From assembly GCA_946409645.1 (NCBI GenBank), contig CAMJXE010000004.1, positions 11,420-75,419 of the forward strand: a stretch of 64,000 bases of DNA, read 5' to 3'. The stretch is from an uncultured Bacteroidales bacterium (GTDB taxonomy: Bacteria; Bacteroidota; Bacteroidia; Bacteroidales; WCHB1-69). How positions within the stretch are numbered: position 1 is the first letter of the stretch; each line of letters begins with the position of its first letter. Below the pieces are notes generated by a model. That model was not told where the DNA came from and did no database searches. It saw only the letters and a program-made list of their open reading frames with translations. Below are positions 56,755-64,000 of this stretch, piece by piece. The position numbers were made by a program, and so were the translations under genes.

Positions 56755-57766
56755 ACGCATTCATCGCTCTATTTCTCAGAATATCAACTGCCAAATAGAT
56801 AGCGTTCCGCATGGATTGCGGATCAGCGATGTTCTTGCCAGCTATGTCGTACGCAGTGCCATGCGCGGGAGAAGTGCGCACGATCGGCAATCCGGCGGTG
56901 AAGTTCACACCTCCATGGGTCAACAACTTGAAGGGGATAATTCCTTGGTCATAATACATGGCCAGCACGGCATCAAAGCGAGTGTAAGAGCCTGAAGAGA
57001 AGAATCCCTCGGCAGAGAATGGCCCAAAGGCATTGATTCCGTTATGAAATGCTTGATTTACAGCAGGTTGTATTGCTGACTTTTCCTCTTCACCGAGTAC
57101 ACCTTCATCACCGCAATGCGGATTCAGTGAAAGCACTGCAATCGTAGGATTGTTCAAGGCAAAGTCCTGCTTCAGCGACTGGTTCAGAATCTCAATTTTC
57201 TGAAGCACCAACTCTACCGTCAAATCTTCGGACACCTTCTGAAGCGGCATCGGGTTGGTGACAAAGCCCACACGAAGGTTTTCAGCGACCATCATCGCCA
57301 TCGCCGGATGCTCTTTTCCGCCGAAATAGTGCTCAAAAAATCCCGTATGCCCTGGGAATTTAAACTTTTCAGATTGGATATTGCTTTTGTTGATGGGGGC
57401 GGTCACAATGGCATCGATCAACTTATTCTTCAGATCACGTCCGGCGGCATACAAGGAACGTTCGGCCATCTGACCCGCGATTTTGGTGGAAGTTCCCAAA
57501 TCCAATTTCACCTCATCCTCGTATAAATTGATGAGATTGGGGCGTTTGGTGGAGAGCTGCTCCGCCGTTTTGGTGAACTGGAACGAAAAATCCGACATCT
57601 CCATATACTTTTTATGATAGGATGCCACCTTAGAGAGCCCATACACCACTGGCGTACACATCTCCATTATCCTACTGTCACTCAATGATTTGATAATCAC
57701 TTCATAGCCGATACCATTGATATCGCCTTGCGTAATGCCGATTGTGAAATTCTTATTTTCAGCCAT
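56753..57766 (-). CDS. pdxA: 4-hydroxythreonine-4-phosphate dehydrogenase
   Basis: GITQGDINGIG, TAPINK, FPGHT, LNPHCG, MYYDQG, RTSPAHGTA. Confidence 0.93.
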   Translation of the reverse strand: MAENKNFTIGITQGDINGIGYEVIIKSLSDSRIMEMCTPVVYGLSKVASYHKKYMEMSDFSFQFTKTAEQLSTKRPNLINLYEDEVKLDLGTSTKIAGQMAERSLYAAGRDLKNKLIDAIVTAPINKSNIQSEKFKFPGHTGFFEHYFGGKEHPAMAMMVAENLRVGFVTNPMPLQKVSEDLTVELVLQKIEILNQSLKQDFALNNPTIAVLSLNPHCGDEGVLGEEEKSAIQPAVNQAFHNGINAFGPFSAEGFFSSGSYTRFDAVLAMYYDQGIIPFKLLTHGGVNFTAGLPIVRTSPAHGTAYDIAGKNIADPQSMRNAIYLAVDILRNRAMNA

Positions 57767-57889
57767 ATCCTTTGTTTTAATCAGGCTGCAAAAATATAAA
57801 TTTTTATCCTATTCACAGCATATTGAACAGTATTCCTTTCAAAAAGGAAAGAAATGTCACAAAAAGGTCGAAAAGACGTACAACGTCCT

Positions 57890-59692
57890 TTAACCCAACA
57901 TGATGTAAAGATCGGGATATTGGTGTGGCGATTCGATTCTGTGACGGGTTAGAGCGAAAGCCATCGTCAGAGTACCGATACGACCGCAATACATGTTGAT
58001 GGTCAGGATAAGTTTGGCCATCCAATTCCAGTTGGCACATTCGCCAGTGGAAAGGCCGCATGTGGTGAATGCCGACGAAGTTTCAAACAGCGCATGTAAC
58101 AGCTGTACATCCGGTTGCACCACCGTGAGCAAGAAACAGGAAATCAGTATGAAAGTTGCGGACATCATGATGATAGTGGTCGCCTTCTCTACCATTGACG
58201 GAGAGATGGCCCTATGACCGAATTCGATGTCTTTCTTACCCTTTACCGTGGCAACCACAGATTTGAAGACTATGAACAATGTGGTGGTTTTGATGCCACC
58301 GCCCGTGGAACTCGGAGAGCCGCCAATAAAAATCGCCACCAATATCAGAATGATGGTAGAAACATGCATCATATTGATATCCAACACATTGAAACCTGAA
58401 GTTCGACATGTGACTATCTGAAAAACGGAGGTAAAAATCTTATTTCCAAACCCATCAATGTCCTTTAACACCCCGTTATATTCTATCAGGAAAAAAAGAA
58501 AGGTACCGATGATGATGATGGTAAAAGTGACATAAAGCACGATTTTTGTTTGTGGCATCAGGGATTTCCAATGATATTTATTACGCTCACGGATGTAACG
58601 ATAGCTGAAGAAGTCGCGAATGGTGACGAACCCGATGCCACCGAGAAAGACCAGCATCATAATGACCATCTGCGGGAAATAACTTCCAGGTACACCTAAA
58701 TTCAGCAAACTGTCGTCAATGAGCACAAAACCGCCGTTATTAAAGGCCGAAACCGTATAAAATATCGAGAAAAAAAGGTTCTGTTTGTCAGAAAGGAAAA
58801 AACCTGTCGATTTCCAATAGGTGAACAGAAACGCCACGCCGGCGGCTTCAATGATAAAGGTGGTGAGCACAATGCTGCGCAACAAACCTACCGAATCAGA
58901 AAGACGGTCTGTGGACATCATATCACGAATCATGTACTGGTAGCGCAAACCTACCAACGACCGGGACAAGAACGTGGAAAAGAAGGTTGCGAAAGAGAGA
59001 ATGCTCATTCCTCCTAACTGTATGAGTACCAATATCACAACTTGACCTTTGAAGGTAAAACATTCGGGGGTGCTCACCACAGTAAGCCCTGTGATACAGC
59101 TGGCACTGGTAGCCGTGAACAGTGCATCAATGAAAGAGATTCCCTGCGTAGTCATACGCGGCATCAAAAGCAAAATGGTACCAATGGCAATGAGAAAAAG
59201 GAATGATGCCACCATCAAAATAGGCGGACTGAGATGGTATTTTCCCAATGAACTACTCGCCTTGGCCAACTCCATCAATACGATAATCAAAAAGTAGAAT
59301 TGTATGAAAATCAGATAGATATTCTCAAAATTATGCGCATCAACAATATCAATATGGAAGACATTTATGGAAATAAACTGTATGATAAGCACAAGGATAA
59401 TCAAAAATTCGAACCACGATTGCTTGAGATGCTCTTTTCGATGTAGCGAATAATAAAATAGAACGAAATATTTGGCCACATAAAAGAAAAGACTAAGATG
59501 TATTATCCATCTAATCAGATTCTTAACGAATGGTGTGATGTAGAGGCCGTGGTAACAGAAAATGCATGCGATGGTTACGATGGAAATCACCAAACTACAC
59601 AAACGCAAGGTCCGCTGAATGCGATCCTTGTTATTGACAATGTGAATACGCGCCTTGCCGTTATACTCGTCGTGATTTCCGAAGAAAAGCAT
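57890..59692 (-). CDS. trkH: TrkH/KtrB potassium uptake membrane subunit with extra N-terminal TM region
   Basis: TSASCITGL, LIQLGG, FNNGGF, CRTSGF, GGSPSSTGGGIK, FTTCGLS. Confidence 0.93.
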   Translation of the reverse strand: MLFFGNHDEYNGKARIHIVNNKDRIQRTLRLCSLVISIVTIACIFCYHGLYITPFVKNLIRWIIHLSLFFYVAKYFVLFYYSLHRKEHLKQSWFEFLIILVLIIQFISINVFHIDIVDAHNFENIYLIFIQFYFLIIVLMELAKASSSLGKYHLSPPILMVASFLFLIAIGTILLLMPRMTTQGISFIDALFTATSASCITGLTVVSTPECFTFKGQVVILVLIQLGGMSILSFATFFSTFLSRSLVGLRYQYMIRDMMSTDRLSDSVGLLRSIVLTTFIIEAAGVAFLFTYWKSTGFFLSDKQNLFFSIFYTVSAFNNGGFVLIDDSLLNLGVPGSYFPQMVIMMLVFLGGIGFVTIRDFFSYRYIRERNKYHWKSLMPQTKIVLYVTFTIIIIGTFLFFLIEYNGVLKDIDGFGNKIFTSVFQIVTCRTSGFNVLDINMMHVSTIILILVAIFIGGSPSSTGGGIKTTTLFIVFKSVVATVKGKKDIEFGHRAISPSMVEKATTIIMMSATFILISCFLLTVVQPDVQLLHALFETSSAFTTCGLSTGECANWNWMAKLILTINMYCGRIGTLTMAFALTRHRIESPHQYPDLYIMLG

Positions 59693-60387
59693 TACAGGTT
59701 GATTTTGATGAAGTTATCTATATCGCGATCTTTGCCGAACAGCACGAACACATCATCTTTCCGAATGACCGTAGAGTTGTCGGGTACACCGATAATATGT
59801 TGTTTCATAGTAAGTTCCTTGTTTTCGATTTCCTCAAAATTGCGACGAATGGTGACCAAACTCAAATGGTGATTGTCGCGGAAATTGATGTCACCGAGTG
59901 TCAGACCTTCGAGGCGATTGGGTGCAATGATGGAAGCGATGCGGTACTCGTCTGGCATCTGCAAGTAAGAGAGAATGTTGGGATTACTCAATCGCTCAGC
60001 TAACATTGTTGCTAACTCCTCCTCTGGCGAAAGAAATTCGGTAATGCCCATCTTTTCCAAAATAGTTTGTTGGTGAGCACCTTTAATACGACAATATATC
60101 TTACTGATACCTAAGTCTATAAGATTAGAAATGCAGAGTAATCGCTCCACAAAGTCATCTCCGATAGCCACAATAACTGCATCGAAATCCTTAATGTTTT
60201 CGTTAAGCAAGGCACGCTTGTCGGTAGCATCCGTGCAGACAGCATACGCCACATCATCACTGATATTCTGCACTTTTTTCATGTCCTTGTCAATGACCAA
60301 CACCTCGAAGCCCTTCTCCGATAATGCCAGACTGATGGCCTGACCGAACTGTCCTGCGCCGATGACGGCAAATTTCTTTTGTGACAT
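59692..60387 (-). CDS. trkA: TrkA/KtrA regulatory subunit
   Basis: VIGAGQFG RCK-N domain plus RCK-C; TAATG overlap with trkH. Confidence 0.93.
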   Translation of the reverse strand: MSQKKFAVIGAGQFGQAISLALSEKGFEVLVIDKDMKKVQNISDDVAYAVCTDATDKRALLNENIKDFDAVIVAIGDDFVERLLCISNLIDLGISKIYCRIKGAHQQTILEKMGITEFLSPEEELATMLAERLSNPNILSYLQMPDEYRIASIIAPNRLEGLTLGDINFRDNHHLSLVTIRRNFEEIENKELTMKQHIIGVPDNSTVIRKDDVFVLFGKDRDIDNFIKINL

Positions 60388-60431
60388 AATCCCTATATTT
60401 AAGCAAGGCGGCGAAAATAAAAAATTTTCGA

Positions 60432-62906
60432 CTACTTTTTCATTTTTACGACAGTAATACCAGCGCCGCCCAGCTCTAACATCTCGTCGTGAAACTCCGC
60501 AACCATCTGTCTTTTAGTAAGATACTGTCTTACAACGCTGCGTAAAATACCATTACCTTTACCATGTAAAATTCGTAAATTTTGTATTCCTAACATCTCG
60601 GCCTCGTCCAAATACTCCTCCAGATTATGCACCATCTCTTCGGCACGCTGCCCACGCACATCCAGTGTACTGTTGAAATTGGAGAGTTTTTTGTTGAGGG
60701 CATCGGCTATGGAGCCAGTGTTGAACTGCGACACATGTCCACGCTCTACATTTCGTGCCTCCTTTTTGCTAATTTTGACGAGTTTGTCAAGTTTGGTACG
60801 GAAGTTCACCGAATGGAAGGATATCATTACGTCATTGCCATCGATTTGAGTTACCTCTCCAGCAATCTGTGAATCAGGAAGATATACAGAATCACCCACG
60901 TGGATGGTCTTGTCCATCACCTCCTCAGACGAAGGTTTCCTCTCCACAGGTTTACGTTTGTGGATGGGGATAATTGGCTTCACAGCTTCCGCCTCGGCCT
61001 TTTCCACATTCTCAATTTCCTTTTGCAGCTCCTTCTTGAAAACCTGCACTTCCTGCCGTGCCTTCTTGGTCTTTTCGGTATCGGCCTTCGACTCTTTGAT
61101 TTCGCGAATGGTATTCTCAATAATCTTGTTAGCACTATCTACAATGCTGTTAGCTTGATTCTTAGCTTTAGCCAGGATTTCTTTGCGTTGCTTGTCGAGT
61201 TGCGCGAACTTTTCAGCATATTCGTCAATCATGGTTGCTAATTGGTCATCGGCGGCCCGCACCATCCTGAGTTTCTGCTCAGTTTCGATTTGCGTGATTT
61301 CAATCTCCTCTAATTTCCGTTCGTAATCGATTTGCGCTGTACCAGATTTTTGAATTGCATTGTCAATAATATGCGGATTCAGTCCAATGTGGCGGGCGAT
61401 TTCGTAAGTGAACGAACTGCCCGGTTTACCCATCTTAAGTATGTAAAGTGGAATTAACGCATTGGTGTCGAACAACATAGCACCATTTTCTGCTTCGGGA
61501 TGCGTGTCGGAAAACATCTTCAGATTGCCGTAATGCGTCGTGATGATGCCGAACGCTTTCGTGTCGTAATAGTGCTCCAAAATCGATTCCGCCAACGCGC
61601 CACCCAATGTAGGCTCGGTACCGCTACCGAACTCGTCAATCAGGAACAGCGACTTCGCGTTCAATTGCTCATCCATTACTTTAAGATTCTGCAAATGAGA
61701 ACTATACGTACTCAAATCATTATCTATGGACTGCTCGTCGCCGATATCGATGAAAATGCTGTCGAAGATGCCCATGTCGGAAGTGCTAAGCATGGGGACC
61801 GGCAATCCGCACTGCATCATATATTGCAGTAAACCAACACTTTTCAGGCACACAGACTTACCGCCGGCGTTAGGTCCGGAGATGATCAAAATCCGCTTTT
61901 CGGGGTTCAACTTAATGTCGAGCGGCACCACCTCCTTATGGTTTTTCTTGTAATTGAGATAAAGCAACGGATGCTTCGCTTGATACCACTGTACCAGCGT
62001 TTGGGGGTGGATGTGAGGTACAGAAGCGTCAATATCGATGGCGAAGAGGGCTTTCGCGCGAAGGAAATCGTAGCGACCCATCAGCTTCTGCGCATCCAAG
62101 AGGTCATCAATAAGCGGACGAATGGTGTCGGAAATTTCGGTCAGGATGCGGATAATCTCGCGTTGTTCGGCATTTTGCAGCTCTTTGAGTTCGTTGTTGG
62201 CATCGAAAACCTCGGTAGGCTCGATGAAAACGGTCTGTCCGGTGGCGGACTCGTCGTGTACAAAGCCGCGCAGCCGGCGTTTGAACTGCGCCGAAACGGG
62301 GATACAGAGTCTGCCATTTCGGATGGTCATCTCGGCATCCTCCTTCACGATACCGTCCTGTTTGGCGGCGGAGAGAATCTTGCGAATCTGACGATCGGCG
62401 TCGCGGGAGATGCGGTTGATGGCCCCTTTGATGTGCGCTAACTCGTCGGAGGCGTTGTCGCGCATCTGCCCTTTGTCGTCCATAATGCGGTTGATGGCGG
62501 ACATGAGGTCGCGTTGCAGCGGCATCTCCGCACACATCGACCAGAGCCTTGGATAGCGATTTTCCTCGTGGCGTACCTTGAAATAGACGAAAATCTTGGT
62601 CATCGACTGCACAAAACCGCGCAGACATGCCAATTCGTCCAATTCAATGTAGGTACCGTCGATGCGCAATCGTTTCAGTACCTCGCGAAGGTCGTAGAAA
62701 TCCTGCGCTGGAAAGGGCTCGTCGAAGAGCAGCAGTTGACGGAACTCCTCCACCGACTCCAACGCGGGCATAATCAGCAGCATGTCGGTCATGAACTGCA
62801 TCTGATCCACTGCCTCCGCGCCCTGTGGGCTCAAGCAGTGGGCCAAAATGAGCCGCCGCACTATATCAAAACCTATTTTCTCCTCAAAATTCTCCGGGTA
62901 GAGCAT
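60432..62906 (-). CDS. mutS2: Endonuclease MutS2 (with Smr domain)
   Basis: HDESATGQT, SGPNAGGKS, DEFGSGTEP, TTHY, LDVRG...ILHGKGNG. Confidence 0.96.
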   Translation of the reverse strand: MLYPENFEEKIGFDIVRRLILAHCLSPQGAEAVDQMQFMTDMLLIMPALESVEEFRQLLLFDEPFPAQDFYDLREVLKRLRIDGTYIELDELACLRGFVQSMTKIFVYFKVRHEENRYPRLWSMCAEMPLQRDLMSAINRIMDDKGQMRDNASDELAHIKGAINRISRDADRQIRKILSAAKQDGIVKEDAEMTIRNGRLCIPVSAQFKRRLRGFVHDESATGQTVFIEPTEVFDANNELKELQNAEQREIIRILTEISDTIRPLIDDLLDAQKLMGRYDFLRAKALFAIDIDASVPHIHPQTLVQWYQAKHPLLYLNYKKNHKEVVPLDIKLNPEKRILIISGPNAGGKSVCLKSVGLLQYMMQCGLPVPMLSTSDMGIFDSIFIDIGDEQSIDNDLSTYSSHLQNLKVMDEQLNAKSLFLIDEFGSGTEPTLGGALAESILEHYYDTKAFGIITTHYGNLKMFSDTHPEAENGAMLFDTNALIPLYILKMGKPGSSFTYEIARHIGLNPHIIDNAIQKSGTAQIDYERKLEEIEITQIETEQKLRMVRAADDQLATMIDEYAEKFAQLDKQRKEILAKAKNQANSIVDSANKIIENTIREIKESKADTEKTKKARQEVQVFKKELQKEIENVEKAEAEAVKPIIPIHKRKPVERKPSSEEVMDKTIHVGDSVYLPDSQIAGEVTQIDGNDVMISFHSVNFRTKLDKLVKISKKEARNVERGHVSQFNTGSIADALNKKLSNFNSTLDVRGQRAEEMVHNLEEYLDEAEMLGIQNLRILHGKGNGILRSVVRQYLTKRQMVAEFHDEMLELGGAGITVVKMKK

Positions 62907-62996
62907 ATCAGTCTATCGTACTTTTAAAATGGCGGCAAAAGTACGAATTTTTGGGTTAGATTTGGTACGGCATGTCTATTCATTTTTAATAATTTG

Positions 62997-64000
62997 CTAC
63001 TTCTTTATCACCGCTTTTATCGGATTGATGAACTTGTCCAGCAATCTCAAGTCTTCGGTGATGATTTCCGCCGTGCCTGTCATTTCCTGGCTGAAAGTCA
63101 ACTCCTTACCGTATGTGGTGACCAGATTCTCCGGAAACTCCACCTCAAGCATGTAGGCTTTGGTGTTTTCATCCACCTGCACGGGGACCATCGAGATGTT
63201 CCGTATGCACACCTTGACCATGCCGTATTCCAGATACGGGAAATTGTCCAATTTGACGTTGACGGTCTGCCCGACCTTGACCTTGCCCGCGCCCTGCTGC
63301 GGAAGCAGGATCTTGCCTACCACCTGCGTGTTACCGTCGGGAACCACGGTCACCAACACCTCACCCGCATTCACATTCTGGTTTTTTTGCCAGTACTTGG
63401 TGAACGTGACTTTTCCATCGCATGGGGCAACCAGCAGATAGGTCTGTTCCCATTGTCGTATTTGGGCGGCAAGTTGCTCCTTGGCAGTAGTCAGGGCTGA
63501 TGTCAGCTGCTGTTCTTCGTCAATGCGCTGCTGCTCCAGGTCAAAGATGCTCTGTTCGGATTGCAGGATGCTCATTTGTTGGTTGTCAACACTCATCTTT
63601 GACGATTCAAGGGACGACAGTTGTTGCAGCAGACTGTTTCTTGCCGACTGGTAATCCACCAAGGAAAGTGCCGCATTGCTGTATAGCGTCGAATCAACTT
63701 CGAACAGCTTTTGTGCCGTGGCTAATTGTTTTCTGCTGATGTTCAGCTGGTTGACGGTTTTTTGTAGCAGGTTCTTCTGGGCAGCAATTTGTTTTCGGAT
63801 GACCGCGATTTTGCGATTATGGTAGTCCGTTTCCACAAAATGGCGGTAATCGGTCAGGGCATTGTCGAAGGCGGTGTATGCCGATTGGATTTCCCCCAAT
63901 TGTAGAGACGTGCCATGGCGCGTCTCTACGGCCAACGTATCCAATTCATCCAACATCCGTTTCACCGCCATCACATCCTCCAATTTTGCGGGATTGCGAA
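62997..64000 (-). CDS. HlyD-family secretion adaptor (5' end outside the window)
   Basis: The frame stays open to the window edge (RNPAKLEDV); long coiled coil, LVAPCDG, GKVKVGQ.V.VKL..FPY.EYG, M.G.AEIIT. Confidence 0.92.
   Translation of the reverse strand, partial: RNPAKLEDVMAVKRMLDELDTLAVETRHGTSLQLGEIQSAYTAFDNALTDYRHFVETDYHNRKIAVIRKQIAAQKNLLQKTVNQLNISRKQLATAQKLFEVDSTLYSNAALSLVDYQSARNSLLQQLSSLESSKMSVDNQQMSILQSEQSIFDLEQQRIDEEQQLTSALTTAKEQLAAQIRQWEQTYLLVAPCDGKVTFTKYWQKNQNVNAGEVLVTVVPDGNTQVVGKILLPQQGAGKVKVGQTVNVKLDNFPYLEYGMVKVCIRNISMVPVQVDENTKAYMLEVEFPENLVTTYGKELTFSQEMTGTAEIITEDLRLLDKFINPIKAVIKK
63902..63929. repeat. GTAG-type REP-like palindrome inside the HlyD CDS
   Basis: gtagagacgtgccatggcgcgtctctac, 27/28 identical to 22931-22958. 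Confidence 0.92.

Overview
A chromosomal window from an anaerobic Bacteroidales-type bacterium. Evidence: TAnnTTTG promoter boxes before many genes, AT-rich leaders mostly without obvious Shine-Dalgarno sites, two T9SS C-terminal-domain proteins, and the typical coaX-OMP-TPR-lptC cluster. Most of it is housekeeping: yceD-rpmF-rdgB, rimM, rpsP, gcvP, pyrE, atpH-atpA-atpG, cdaA, a phosphate acyltransferase, ahcY, ackA, a fused NfnAB/GltD-like oxidoreductase, fprA, a C10 protease, FTCD, rpe, GH3, sufS, tilS, pepT, tRNA-Arg(CCT), lptC, coaX, pdxA, trkH/trkA, mutS2 and a HlyD gene cut by the window end. There are two accessory tracts. The first (about 22.9-27.5 kb) holds orphan secreted proteins, a ParE-type toxin-antitoxin pair bracketed by 71-bp direct repeats, an AAA/PD-(D/E)XK gene bracketed by 51-bp promoter-containing direct repeats, and a nested palindrome built of 11-mers. 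The second (about 30.9-38.6 kb) holds two gene stumps, a CPA2 antiporter and a 1601-aa ORF that appears to fuse TamB to an Omp85 beta-barrel in one chain; this is the strongest candidate for an undescribed system. A GTAG-tagged 28-bp REP-like palindrome recurs about seven times, and one copy is translated in frame inside the HlyD protein. No CRISPR array, rRNA, integrase or transposase was recognised. Product calls come from motif recognition by eye; no database search was run.
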